From Amoebidium appalachense (Eukaryota > Protista > Ichthyosporea), in contig CAVNZM010000002.1 of assembly GCA_963693365.1 (NCBI GenBank), positions 9,707,059 to 9,771,058 of the forward strand: DNA of 64,000 nt, given 5' to 3'. This document shows positions 22,013 through 60,601 of the stretch, piece by piece. A model generated the notes under the pieces. The model was given only the letters and a program-made list of their open reading frames with translations, was not told where the DNA came from and made no database searches. How positions within the stretch are numbered: the stretch's first letter is position 1; each line of letters begins with the position of its first letter. Made by a program: the position numbers and the translations under genes.

Positions 22013-22101
22013 CCGTTTATAATGTTTAAGTTACTATTATCACTGATATTCCATTTATTCTAAAATCAGTATATATTCACATATAATTACATATATTTAT
22101 A

Positions 22102-22145
<44 letters not shown>

Positions 22146-22300
22146 TTACATATATTTATTATATATATTTAGCGGTTACGGGCGACCCCTCTACCGCAGT
22201 GATCAATGCACCAGTCCGCGGCGAGGCTCGATTCAAATCAACTGAGGGGGAGAGTGAACTTCGGCCTCAGTGATATGTACATAGATAGAGGATAGAGAGG
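19281..22300 (-). mobile_element. Degenerate non-LTR (LINE) retrotransposon: RT, thumb and C-terminal Cys/His region, interrupted by a MITE
   Basis: RT FFADDIVLV (~20560-20590), KIGIDKC, YDYSGIPF, LYKVFLRPCFEYG (ORF 20142..20534), C-terminal CHFCAEPFSHKHLDRC (ORF 19370..20224). Upstream motif remnants ACFD (~20900), SDHALL (~21045), IISLLC (~21150), PGLD (~21395), and ITEAEV (~22258-22275) beyond the MITE. 3' end has AATAAA (19300-19295) and a short A tail (19286-19281). Frameshifts between segments. Confidence 0.85.
21475..22190. mobile_element. Non-autonomous TIR element (MITE), 3-bp TSD, possibly PIF/Harbinger type
   Basis: Left end AGGGGTCGCCCGCAACCGGTA versus reverse complement of right end AGGGGTCGCCCGTAACCGCTA (19/21 match). 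CTA on both flanks (21472-21474, 22191-22193). AT-rich interior with (TA)n and an internal ~85-bp direct repeat (~21877 and ~22008). Confidence 0.85.
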
Positions 22301-22324
22301 GGGAGAGGGAAACAGAGAGCCTCT

Positions 22325-23630
<1,306 letters not shown>

Positions 23631-25825
23631 TCCCCCCCCCCCCCCCCCCCTCCCCGGGGGGGCCGGCGCACCCCCCCTCTCTCTCGGAGCTCCCGGGCCC
23701 GGGCCTCTCTAAGGCTTCCCCCCCCGGGCCCCCGCCCCGGGCCCTCCCTCTCACGTGACCCCCCGCTCGGAGTCCCATTCTAGATCTACTAGCTAGAGAT
23801 CTCCCTGAGGCTCAGCGTGGCCCCATCATTCTCTCTCACACACACTCTCTCTCACCAGTATGTAAGTAAGGCGTCATGCATTCGGATGCGCAACACCATG
23901 CTGCTGCCCGCACGCAACGGGTACCGTCACTTGCGGCTGAAAAGGCGCATCATCATCGGATCACGGTGCAGTAGTACCAGTGTGCACATACATTGGTAAT
24001 TCGACATCATCCAATATTGCAACGTTAACCCACTGTAGTACGTGTACATGTGAGCACGGTAAGCCTGACGAGTGTGGAGCTATGAGTCACTTTGGTAGTA
24101 CATGTCTCTCAGCGGCTTCTTCTCTGACACACTGAAGCCTGACTGCAGACAGCTGCCATGCAAGCCCTCACCGTCGGCAAAAACAACGATCTGATGGTGG
24201 GCCGCTGTTGGCCCGAGCCAACAAATGGGTGCGCAAATGCCTAATCGAAACGAGGCAACGGCTTAAACGAGTTATCATTCGATATATATCACGTACTAGA
24301 CTGTTGTTTGAGAAAGCGGCAAATTCTGCCCTGCGAAGCTTTTCCCTGTTTTAAGGAGGACTTATACAGTTCAGCCTGCGCTTACTGAGGGAATTTTTCA
24401 AAAGAGCTCCGAAATATATATAAATCAGTCTTAACTTTGTTATGTAAATTTTACTGCGTATGTATTAACTACAATGTACGACCACAGAGAAAGATTTGGG
24501 CGCAGTTATCGTGATTCGTGAGGCCCTGTCTTTGCTGTATGGAAACTGATTATGGAAACTTATTTAGCACTTTTGCCCTGTTTCGAATATATTGCTGATT
24601 GGCTGAATAAAGTTTATGAAAATTATGATTAGACCTGGGTGATGACCGTAACGTGTACGCACACGTCTGAGAAACGTGCTGGTACGTATGTACTGTCATC
24701 CCCACATATAATGTAAAAGACTAAATATTTATATGCCCTGCGCAATGAACTTTTAAAAATTACTACACAAAAAATTGAATGAGCGTCGGTGAAGTTGCCT
24801 AATTATAACTTTTGGATCAGCAGCTTCGGCATATGACATGCACGCACACGTATGCATATGGTACAACGTTCTGCATACGTGTTTGCACGTTCCACGCCGC
24901 TCCGTCTACGATGGGGTCTTGAAAACACACGCTGAGAAGGCGTGGGCCAACCATAAACTTTGATTTGATTATTCCAGCTTTCGTACGTACTACCGTAGGA
25001 TGTAGGAACAGCAGAGCGCCCAAGCCAATACACTGAAAGTTTGTGTTGGTCATTCTCTGTTGGTTCGAATCAACCGCAGTCACTTTCCCTAGGCTGGCTG
25101 CTAAGAACCTTTCTGGGGTGATCAGTAGTTTCAACGAACCCTTCGTGTCAGTACCATATTAACCACCGTAACTATAGCAAACACGGACACGGGTTCAATT
25201 TCTCGTCTCTGCGTTAAGGCTACATCATCTAACCACTCTACTGTCACACCAGTCTTACACAACTCCCTACACCGATTCCTGCAGGTACGTCATATTATCA
25301 TTCCCACAGAAAAACCCTTTATGCACCCATTAGTCACATCAGATACCCAAAGAAAATAAACTAGAGCATGCTGAAGAGTTTGATTATCACATATTTCAAG
25401 CCTGAACCTGAATAGTACATCTAGCAAAAGAACCAAGCCCGCAGGGTTTGCGCAACTAACCCTACAGCAAATCTACTACTAAGAACAGACGCAGGCACAG
25501 ACTTACATACATAGCAACACGAACACACACTAGTCTGCTAAGACACACAGACCTTGCCATGTTTTTGCACACGTCCGTTATGCACCACTACGCACACATG
25601 GATACTCACACCTTCGAATCATCGGGTCCACACCCAGAGCCACACCCACACACCGGCCGCAGTTTCAGCGTGCGCGCACACACGTGCACACCCACACACG
25701 CAACGCACAAACACGCAAGCACACACGCACGCACGCGCGCACACACACACGCACACGCACATGCACAAGGGTGCACACACACGCACACACACACACACAC
25801 GCGCACACCCACACCCACCCACACA

Positions 25826-25863
<38 letters not shown>

Positions 25864-26670
25864 CGCACACAAACACACACACACACAGAGACACACACAG
25901 ATATACACGTGGTAGACGCACAAACAGACCATACATGTCTAGTCACACACACACATAGACACATACACACAGTATTACATACTAACCCCACCGAGATACA
26001 CATTCGTGCAGTGCCAAACAATCAACTTGCAACTGCGGCACACACACACACACACACACACGCTTTCACACGTTTTTGCACATGCCCCTGATCCAACACT
26101 GCTTGACACAACTAAGGCACATGCGATTCAATTCTGTACTGTCACAATCTATCCTCACACTAACAGCCGCAAAACACGCACACAAACACAATTTTGTAGT
26201 AGGCACATGCAAGGAGAGACACCATAGATCCATGATTGCATGCCAGCATGCCATAATCTATTCCAAACACGTCCACTCTTTCACTTCCCATCGTAACGTA
26301 AACACTCATACACCTGGAAGTACTTTTAAACCATTCAAGTGCATACACATAGATGCCTGTTACCACACGGACACCCACCCCATGCATGTGCAAACCCACG
26401 CAACTTGACGGTGATCAAATTAATACTCAGCCTCACGGACAGAGGTACGGATGCACGTCAATGCACTCTCACGTGTGACAACCTGCAGAAACACACAGCA
26501 TCGTTACACGCACAAGGGCACACACACGTACACACACACACGCACACACACACACACACGTATACACACATGCATGCATACACACACTGAAGCAGAAACA
26601 TGCACGTACGCACGCACGCCAGCCACGCACGCACACAGTCACGTGCGCGCACACACATACACACTCCATA

Positions 26671-26795
<125 letters not shown>

Positions 26796-26992
26796 CACAC
26801 GCACACACAGCACAGCACACACACACACAGCACAGCACACATACATACCCACAGATCACTAACCCACCACCACCGTAACAGACACAGCTTTCTTCCTCTC
26901 AACAATCGGTTGAGGTTCAACACTAAACCAGCCCACTCGCAGTCATCCAATCCGAACTTTATAAAAACTTTTAATCAACTAAACCAACCACA

Positions 26993-33870
<6,878 letters not shown>

Positions 33871-35219
33871 CTGCACCAATTATGGCCGATGGATAATAAC
33901 CTATTATGGATATTTGCCTGCCTACGTGTGCTGGCACCATGGCCATCATGATGAATGCACGTTAGCCTATTTTGGCCATTTGCGTGTTTGCAAAATTTTG
34001 TACCATAGATGCTGTGTTGCTTTTTGATACCCGACCTAGCCAAAAGAAAACGTTTGCTATAAATATTCATCCTTGTCCGTATGCATATGTTCTTCTAATT
34101 AGTCTCTCCCAGTGTGAGGGCCTGTTGCTGTGACCTAGTATTAGTGCGGCAGACGAGTTGAAATGTTCAATAGCATATTATTAAATATCATGGCTTTCTA
34201 GCCTAGGTTCGATTTAATGTGTACGAGTGGATGCTATAAATGATGTGTCTTAAGTCGCTGTTTTCTAAATTCTTACATAGCTTATAGCAGGCAATCACTG
34301 AATCATATCTAATTATCTAAATATGGCCATATCTACTCAAACTGTACAATATGCACTGTCTATCATGTAACCCTAAGCCCTCATGATGTGTTCGATACAT
34401 GTAAAAGTTCCCAGAAAGGCAATGTACACTATCCGTATGGGCAGCAAACGGTGAGGGAATAACCTGGCCAGGTATAGGAGGCTTGCCTTTTGTCATGATG
34501 GTGGTTTCGAGAGGGGGGAGGGGCGGGGGGGGGGGGGGGGGGGGGAGGGGGAGGGGAGGAAGGAGGGGGGAGGGGGGGAGGAGGGGGGGGGGGGAGGGGG
34601 AGGGGGAGGGGGAGGAAGGAGGGGGAGGGGGGAGGAGGGGGGGGGGGGGGGAGGGGGGAGGGAGGAAGCTCTCCTCATAGCCTAAGCAAAATACTGACTG
34701 TATCCACATCCAATTGAGTGCTAGTTGTCAATAAATCAGCAGACTGAGTATGCATTGATTGTTTCAAACGGTTCAGGTTAAAATAATCGGCCTTGATAAA
34801 TTTAAAGCGTTCCTTGTATTGGTGCTGGCCACACGTTGCCTTGGCAAAAACCGCTTGACACATACGACGCAGGGCCACGACAGAATCGAACTGACATCGG
34901 ACTAACACCCCCCCGGGCCCCCCCTCCCCCCCTCCCCCCCCCTCCCCCGCCCCACCCCTGGTGACCCCACGCTTCCTTGGCACCTCTTCATTCAAATATT
35001 CAATTTCGAATATGGACTCCCCCCCCCCCCCCCCCCCCCCCCAATGGTTCTTTTCGTTGAGTCAGAAGACAGCCAACACGTGTATGAGTGGAAGGTTGGG
35101 CAGGCAGGTTCAAGAAGGGCTCATGACTGTGAGAGCGTTTTTTTTTTTTTTTTTTTTTTTGGTGGGGGGGGGGGGGGGGGGTTTGCGGCTAGGGTCTGGT
35201 GAGTGGTTGTTTAGGGGAA

Positions 35220-35255
<36 letters not shown>

Positions 35256-35491
35256 GGGGGGGGGATTGCAGTTGGTCCGTAGTGTGAGAGCTCTAAAGCC
35301 AGAGGATGGGGTTGGGGTTGGGTGGAATGGGGTGGAATTGGGGTTGGAATTTTCTTTTTTGCAGGAGGGGAGGAGCGGAGAGAAAGAGGGGGGGGGGGGG
35401 GGGGGGGGGTGATACGCAGCGTGTGTGGAGTGTGGGAGCCCGGAGGGGGGTGTTTTGGTTAGGTGGGTAGGTACATGGGTGGGGGGGGAAG

Positions 35492-35526
<35 letters not shown>

Positions 35527-35538
35527 CGCCTGCATATG

Positions 35539-35583
<45 letters not shown>

Positions 35584-36176
35584 TGGTGGTGGTGGTGGTG
35601 TGTGTGTGTGTGTGTGGTGGGGGGGGGGGGGGGGGGGGGTGACAATGAAGAATTAAGGTAACGGTGTTTAATGCCACAAAACAGGTGTCACGTGCACACT
35701 CGGGAAGCTCACAGACCCATGCCCAGCATGCATACCTGCTGCTACCGCGGCCAGATACAGCCTAAAAACCTAAGCCCACACCATGCGATGTCCATGTAGA
35801 TTCATGCAAAAATACACCCGTCATAGCCTACCACACAGTCGATATCTACAAGATGGAAGGGGTGACACGTGTCGTGCCTCTCAAGTGATCCTAATTTAAA
35901 CTATTATACCTCATTTAAAAAGTAAAAAAAGCATTTCCCACTAATACTTCAATCCGATCACGCCGTGTGCGACAACAGCCCCAGAACCAAAAACGATCCG
36001 GGCCTGCAAACAAACCGATAACTTCCAATGAAACCCGACCCGTTTTAGAAGCTCTTTCTAGCAGCGTCAACACCTAGAGCGATCCGAGAGCCCGGGCCAA
36101 GCCACCAAACCGAATCGACAAGTTCCGATTCTTCGATCCGAGGCAAAAAAATCCGACCCGACCCGTTTCGACCCGT

Positions 36177-37999
36177 TTAGAAGAACTTCTTTTCGGGCCA
36201 CAGCTTCTGCTGAGCCTCGCGGTTCTCCTTGAAGTACTTGACCGTCTTCACCTTCAGCTCCGCCGTGCTCGCCTCGTCGCAGATAAACACTGAGTTGGGG
36301 TGCGTCTGGAAAACGGACGCGGTCCACATGTGGCTGAAACTCTTCTCCACGCAGTGGTGCAGCGCGAGGGCCTTGGATTCGCCCGTAATAAGAACCATCA
36401 CCTCCCTCGCGTCAAATACGGTTCCGACACCCACGGTGACTGCGAGCTTGGGGACCTTATCAGGGTCATTGTCGAAGAAACGGCTGTTTGCAATGATGGT
36501 CTCCTGCGTGAGCATCTTGGGGCGGGTGCGGGAGGAGAGGGAGCTGCAGGGCTCGTTGAAGGCAATGTGCCCGTCAGACCCGATGCCTGGGGGGGGGGGA
36601 GGGGGGGTTAGTGGGGGAGTCAAGCCCCTTTTTTTTTGGGGGGGGGGGTGGGGTGGGGGGGGGGGGGGGGGGGGGGCTAAGAATGGGCTACAGAGCATGC
36701 AGTAAACATTCATGAAGGACAGCATAATGCAAGGTAGCAAGGTACACATAAATAGAATGCTATATAAACAGAGCCCATCCTGGGAGGGGGGGGCCCGGGG
36801 GGGTGGAGTGGAGAAGGAAGAGGGGGAAGGGGGGAGGGGAAGGGGTTTCAGTGGATGGAATCATATCAGACTCTTGAGGTGAAGGGCGGGGGGGGGGGGG
36901 CAGTTGAATGGATTGGGCAGGGGGGAAGGGTAGCCAGGGTAACGTGGTGGGGTGCGTGTGTGTATGTGTTGGTTTGTTTGTTTGGAGGGGGGGGGGGGGG
37001 GGGGGGGAGGGGGGGCGGGGTGGGGGGTGGGGGGTGGGGGGGGGATTGAATGGCATGGATCAGCGGTATGGGAGGGGGGGGGGGGAGGGAGGGAGGGGGG
37101 GGACGGGGGATAGAGATGTTTGAAAGTTTGGATGGGTGGTTGGGGAGTGTGTGTGTGTGTGTGTGGGGGGGGGGGGGGAGGGGGGGTAGGTAACAAGATC
37201 TATCTAATACAACCATTTGGCACTAGGGGGAGGGTATGAAGGGAAGACCTGAGGAGAGCATAGGGGAAGGCAAAGCAAAGTTCATATATCCCTTCATAGA
37301 TAGAAGGTTGGGGGGGGGGGGGGAGGGGGGAGATATCGATGCAAGAGGCCATGAGACACCAGATTTGTGAGGGGAGGTGCATGGGCACCCGGGGGGGAGG
37401 GGGGGGGGGGGGGGGCAGGGGCTGAAAAGGGGAACGAGAGGGAAAGCAGGGGGTGGGGTGGGGTGGAGTTGGGTGTGTGTGTGTGGGGGGGGGGAGGGGG
37501 GGGGGGGGGGGGGGGAAGGAACAGAATATGGGCCCCAGTGGGTGACAGGGCAGGAGGGGAGGATGGGGGGACGAGGAGGAGGAGGAGGAAGAGGGGGGGA
37601 GGAAGGAGGAGGAAGGGGGGGGGGGGGGGGGGGGGAAGGGCAAACACTTACCACCCATGAACAGCTCGATGCCACCTGCAGCCTTGATCTTCTGCTCGTA
37701 CGCCTCACACTCAGCTGCAAGGTCGGGGGCATTGCCGTTGAGGATGTGTGTGTTCTCGGGGTCAATATCGATGTGGCTGAAAAAGTTGGACCACATGAAC
37801 GTGTGGTAGGACTGTGGGTGGTCCTTGGGGATGCCGCAGTACTCGTCCATGTTGAACGTCTTGACGTACTGCGGAGTGGAAGGGGTCGTGTTAGGAAAGA
37901 GTGACAGGGGGAAGGGGGGGAAAGGGGGGAAAGGGGGGGGCCGTGATGGGAAACAGTGTGGCATGGGGTTGGAGAGGATTCGTGTGTGTGTGTGGGTGT

Positions 38000-38030
<31 letters not shown>

Positions 38031-38667
38031 GGGGGGAGGGGAGAGGGGGGGGGGGGGGTTGGAGGGAAAGAAAAAACACGGGTAGTGTTTTGTATGTTTG
38101 CTCCACATGGGAGGTGGAGGAGGCATGTCGATCCAAAATTCTGGAGAGGAGGGATGTCCTGGCTGTGGCTGTATGAGAGCGTTGTGTGCAAACTCGAATA
38201 TTGATAACATGAACACATAGAGGTTCTCTTACTTGTTAAGTTGTGGTAATGTAAGGACCAGTTGTGTGTGCAACCTTTGATCAAGTAATAACACGAAATG
38301 TTGATCCATGTAGCGGGAAACCAACTAGAACCGAAAAAATCTTCACCTCCCATGCCACTGTATCCCGTTGCATGCCATGATTACAGCATACACGGCGACA
38401 GATATGCTAGATAGCTGTAGGAGACGAAATATTTTGACAACAAGAGGTATTTTGAGAGACAGAACCAATATTCACCTTGAAAGAGAGCTCTCCCTTCTTG
38501 ACAAACTCAATCAGTTTCTTGTATGTGCCGAGGGGGGTGCCACCCGTGGGCAGACCCATAACAAAATGGCGGTCTGGGCCGGGGTTGAAGGTGTTAATGC
38601 GGTGCTTAATATACTCGGCCGCATACGTGGAGACAGAGTCCGCGTTTGGCTCGATGATAACCCTCAT
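36177..38667 (-). CDS. GNPDA: Glucosamine-6-phosphate deaminase (NagB/GNPDA), 3 exons, about 272 aa
   Basis: Exons 38667-38476, 37868-37652, 36586-36177. Motifs [68 protein letters not shown]. Confidence 0.97.
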
Positions 38668-41407
38668 GTTTGCTGTTTTCTTTTGCCTCGGCGAGTAAAA
38701 TGTAAAAAGCTCAAGTGGAAGAGGAGAGTAAACTGAGTTGGATTTGTGTCGGACAGATGCCAAACAGTCACTTTTGTACTGCGGAATAACGAAATGGGGA
38801 AATGAACAAGCGTGACTTTAAACGAATCGTCTTGTAAGTTTAGGGAGTGAAGGCAGTGAACGTATTGAGACGTACTACGGAGAAGAACGATGAAGAGCGA
38901 ATCAGGGATACGGACAAACATTTGTGCTGTGTCCCAGCAGGCACCATAATATGATTGGCTGTGAACCGGGAGCTGAGCAGTGTAACGCGTCTTATCCAAT
39001 CAAATTGCCTTATACATCCTGATGATCAAGACCTCCAACTGCCAATCAGCAATTGCCAGATCCAGTGGTTTACACCTGTTCATACCGTATTCTGCCCAGT
39101 GTGCAAGCGAATACACTCGCGTATACATTAGAAGGCCAAAATAATAGTTTCTAACGTATTTTTTGACATGGGCAATCGACACAATAGGCAGGAATCGACT
39201 CAACTTTGAACATGGTTACATGAGCAGATGCCTCGGCGAAGGTATTTCTTTTGCATTCTTTATATCCAAATTGGCTAGCTACCAAAAAAGGCGCATATTT
39301 TTGAAGTGTGACAAACAGGTGCAGGTGCAGTGCTGCAGCAAGCAGCCAGTGCTTACTCCCGAGCGGCCCCCTACACTTGACGCACCTTTGTAAAGAAAAA
39401 ACTAATATTAAACACACACTCTCGTGCAACCAATTCATAACATTTACTTAGTTTAAGATATTCTTAGGAAAAAAATGGAAATGTTATACTTGATAGTGAA
39501 ATTCTCGAAAAATGTACAACGCCGATCCCAGGGACCCAGCCATCAAGGGGAAACAAGTTTATGCTGCCAATGAAAACAACGGAAATTCCGATTCGAAAAA
39601 GGTTGCCAATACAAATCGAATTTGCTGCATTTTCATTGGGTGGTCTCATGAGCCAAATTTCACTCTCCAAAGAGGAATGTTACAAGACACATACAGTAAA
39701 TCAGAATGATTGGGGAAAATCAATGAGAATCAAAACAGAAAGCAAGAAAACGCTTATAATTTTTATTTTTTGATAATACAATCAAGCACTGCTGAACTTG
39801 AAGCCTACACTTGGCCTCGATATCGAAGTCTATGATATCAAATCTTGACTCAGTAACGGTATCTATTGGTGACATGTCACGATTGCTATTTGGCCAGCCG
39901 GTGTTCCCCGAGACAGTATATAAAGGGCGGGTAGCCTCCCAACAGTCTACAACAGCTGTCGGACGAGTTGCGGCCTCGTGTCTCCGAGGGTGGTCGCGGT
40001 TGTTTATTCAAAGTTTGTACAGTCAAGTTCGTGTCACTTCCAAGAAAACAAAGGTGGGGTGGGATTGGGACGGGAAAAGCCACAGGGGTGCACTCCTCAC
40101 ACTTGCACACGTAAGTTCCCTTCACAAACCTCAAACGCCTCATACAACTTCGCATTTATGTGACACCAGTATTGATGGTGCCATGATACCCATGTACTTT
40201 AAATGAAGAACACTGAAGCTACATTTAACAGTTTGGGAACGTATACGTGTGCAAGCGTGAGGAGTGCGCCCCTGTGGCTTTGGCCCGTCCCAATCCCTCC
40301 CCGCCTTGTTTTCTTGGAGGTGAAACGAGTATAGCTAGTACCTGGGTGTGTACAGTGTGTACATGTCGCCTAGCTAGCACCTGTAGTTGACAAACGCAGT
40401 CGTGCATGTCGCGGGCCCGGAAGGGGCATTTGTGTAAATTTGCCTCGCCGAGTCTTCACACACATGTGCCCACATCAATTTTGTATCTAAGCATACAGCT
40501 CAGAATAATATTCACTACTAATTTTCTGTAGCTGCGAGTGCACATGACGTGTACACACGTGGTAACATGCCGGTGCTCTTGCAAAGGTACCGGAATTTAA
40601 GGGGAATTATGCAACTTCGAATGCAAGACATGCGATTGCATGCATGCAAGTGGAAGGCCACCGGTACCGGGGGTGCAACAATGGGTAGTTGGGTGGGTGG
40701 GTGGCTGAGAGGGGGGGGGGGGGGGGGGGGGGGGAGGGGGGGGGGGGGGTGGGGAGGAGGGTGGTGAAAGAGGAAGAAGGGGGGAGGGGGGAAGGGGGGA
40801 GGAGGGGGGGGGGGGGGGGGGGAGGGGGGGGGGATTCGGGGAGGTAACTTAGTGTGGGCTATCGACAATAGGTAGGTAGTTAAAAGTTCATTGTTTATTA
40901 CAGTAGAACTATGATAGGCTAATCACGCTTTAAAATTGAAAAATATATGCCTTCAATATACATGCGGATGAAAATTCAGGGATGGGGATATTGTGGGTAC
41001 TTGTTTGGAAGGGGGGGGGGGGGGGGGGGGGAGGGGGGGGGTTGCTACCCAATGTCAATGTCGAACCTTAATCGTTGACCCTCTTTGATATGTACACGTA
41101 TTAGAGACAACTTCAAGAATCATTCGTTTTTAATAAGGCAAGTACACCTTCCTCTACGCATGCTATTCAATTCTGGTTATCACATCAGGCAGCTTACCAT
41201 GAGATGCATTAACGCTCTATTCAGTTCGAGAATTATTCACATGTTACTCCCCATCTGGGCCGGTACCCACCCCAAAAAAACGACTCACGGTGCCAACCAA
41301 TGCTGAACTAGACGATATGAAAAATACGTCGAAAAAAAGAAAACGAAAGCCATTCACACGTTTTGTATTCAATCAGCATTCTTAAAGCACAAAAACATGC
41401 ACGGCCT

Positions 41408-57925
<16,518 letters not shown>

Positions 57926-58742
57926 CCTAAACTTGACCTTCTTAACAAATTTAATTGGATGGAGAGTAAAAACCGGTGTTTAGGGGATTACTTTTCAAAG
58001 ATCTAGGCCATGTGTTGTGGACATGCGGTGCGTGCTCGACAAGGTACAGAAAAGAGCCACTTGGACAATGCTGGCGTAAAAGAATGGAAGTCTAACGTTT
58101 ACAGTATTCTTTATTCTTAGTATAGCTATCGTCAGCCTAGATTCGTGATAGTTTGCTCATTCAAAGTGGGTTTTGATCGCCGATGATTGCTTTGATTGCT
58201 CGAAGCTCGTTAGAGATCTCGTTAGAGAACGAAGCTCGTTAGAGATCCTCGGGTGTTCAACTGGCCCCTAGTTGGTAGACTTTGAGTGCAGTGCACCAGC
58301 TTTGAAGGCTGCTACGGTGCGTGGACAATCAACTATTTGTCTCCAACACTCTAAGCAGATCTCTAAGTTAAGACGTGAGGCCTCTTAAGTTAAAGCATGA
58401 GGCGTAGAATGTAGATACCTACACATGATCAAAGTTGGACCGATACGCACTCCGTCATGTCTGTGTTCAGAGGGCCGTGACTTCCCGCGGTTTTTGCGGT
58501 TTGCGTAAAATTGGTGCTCGCTCCACCAATTATTATTGGTGATGAGTATTTATTTTGATTGGCTAGCTTAGAATTCGTGAATCGTGTTCGTGCTGAATCG
58601 TGCAATCAAACCCTAAAAAGGCTATACAGAGCTTTTTGTGGAAGCGCACCCGGTGACCCGGTCATGTCACGGCCCTCTGAACACAGAGGGCTGTGGTCAT
58701 GTTCAGTCTGCTGGTATGCATATGTGCACAAGGTCATACATT

Positions 58743-59340
58743 TGTAGTCTAGCTCTGTAAGATAAGAGCTTTAGATAATAGATAGATCTGTTCGTGAAAC
58801 ATAATTAGGCCTGCTTCGAGAGCGTTGCTTAGCATTTTTAACATATATACAATAACTGACGTTGACCATCCCTGGCCCAATGATTACTCAACTGAACGAG
58901 CCAATGCTCAGGAGGCAGCGGTGAGAGACGAAGATCCACCGAGTGGCATTGCGGTGAGGTGATTGGTTCTTTGTCATGCATTAGTTGTGTTGGATAACTG
59001 GTTCCCATATATAGTTAGTGTGGTTTGGTTTTGATTGCACGTTCTCATTTGGTCAGATTTTAAGCATTTGATTGGTTTCTTTAGTCTGGCTTCCAATTCC
59101 AAATGCATCGTGGGAACGGGTATAAAAAGAAGTACATTTCGTTTGGATTTCAGTCTTTGGTTTTCGTTTTAGCGTTTGTGTGAGTGTCTGGCATCAGAGG
59201 TAAAAGGGATTTGTAGAGTTAGTTGGTTGAACTAAGGTGGGTGGTGCTAGTGTAAAAGCGCACAAACTAGTTGCCTTAGCTAGCTGTCCTTTTTCCTGTT
59301 GACTTCTGCAATTGTCACACGAATTCTGTCAACTCAACGT
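58743..59340 (+). promoter_or_regulatory. LTR-like promoter block (several CCAAT/ATTGG boxes then TATA), possibly an older solo LTR
   Basis: CCAAT/ATTGG at ~58877, 58901, 58963, 59071; TATAAAAA at 59121-59128 followed by a T-rich tract. No convincing TG..CA/TSD pair found. Confidence 0.35.
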
Positions 59341-59926
59341 TAACCAGCAGCTCGTTCTCCTCATTTTCAAGGTTCCTTTTTCGGCTCTAGATATTAATAC
59401 AATCTTTACATTTGTCTTTTCCCTTCAGCATGCTGATTAGCTCGCTAGCGCTGAGGAGTCTTGTAGAGTGAAATACTACGGAAATTTTGTATGTCTCTCT
59501 GCCTATACAGTCACAGCGAAATTTCTGAACTCCACTCCACACATTACAAATACGTGCTCTGCTTTCCTTGACATGGGCAAGTGAGCCTCTCTTCTTCCCG
59601 AGCAGAACCCTCTTATATACGACATTGTGAGTCAATGCACGGTCTCTACTAGGTAGTCGAGCTCGGTGTAAACGCACGGCCTCTCCCTGTGGGGAGGTGC
59701 GGGGGTCGTCACGGTGGCGCGCGTGTGTGTGGGTGGACCGCTCGATGGCAACAAGGATGCCTAGGCCCAGCTTCCACGGATTCGTAACCCCCTGCGCCTC
59801 CTGCAGCTGCCCAGCTGAGGCAGGGGGAGGCCACGGTCCACAGCCTTCGTTCCCGAACACAGCTGTGCCACGGAACCAGCTGAGCTTGGTTCTTTTCCAC
59901 ACGTGTCTCAAGATATGTTACCCCTC

Positions 59927-60536
59927 TGTAAACAGTTGAACTAGTTGGGATAAGGCAGAGAACAACTGAATCAGAATAAAGACAGAGAACGGGTAGTAAG
60001 GCACACGCGGCCAGGTTACTATTTAATGTGCTCGTTCAGAGTGATCCCCCGTACTGGGACGGCTTGTTTATATAGCCCCCAGGTTCCGGATCATCTGGAT
60101 GGGTGGCATTGATGCCTTCGTGACTTCTGACCAGTCAGAAGAGTGCGGTCGTCTTTATGTGCACACAGTGCACCAATAACATGAAGCTAACTAAAAGGAT
60201 AACTTTGTGGCAAATGATTGGTCAATACTTAAGCCCGTTTAGGTTTATGCAACTGGGTCTGATTTCCTTATTGGTTCCGTTCGTTTAGCTATAGATGTCG
60301 CCTCCGTAGTGGATGAGACTTGCATTCCTATCCTAGCGGTTCTCGAATTCTATTGGTTCATACTGACTGCACGGCCACTGCATATTGCCGGCGCCGCGGC
60401 TCAGTCGTGAGCCGCAGCCCGCGGCTGTCGCGTGTGATATTGATCTGATCATATGTACACAATATCTACGTGATCACTATGATATGTACAGTATATTCGT
60501 AATAGTAAACATGTACGGCGTGTACAGATGTTTACA
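59927..60536 (-). mobile_element. 3' LTR (610 bp) of Ty3/Gypsy chromovirus
   Basis: Perfect 8-bp inverted termini TGTAAACA...TGTTTACA. Preceded on the minus strand by a polypurine tract (GAGAAGGGGGGGAG, 60550-60537). Internal CCAAT boxes and CTATATAAA (60075-60067). Confidence 0.9.
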
Positions 60537-60601
60537 CTCCCCCCCTTCTCGGGAGCCTGGTGGTATGGTCTGGAGACGGTAAACCACCAGGCTGAGGGAA
60601 G

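Noticed and set aside
34317-34995. Unique-sequence ORF pieces between Phactr and GNPDA
   Set aside because: No recognisable motif or consistent splice model; may be UTR or intergenic.
39000-41300. Short ORFs between GNPDA and PGAP1
   Set aside because: Overlapping on both strands, 60-130 aa, no recognisable domain.
59387-59911. 174-aa minus-strand ORF next to the LTR as a possible env-like or extra ORF
   Set aside because: It lies outside the 3' LTR boundary (59927) and has no TM segment or known motif.
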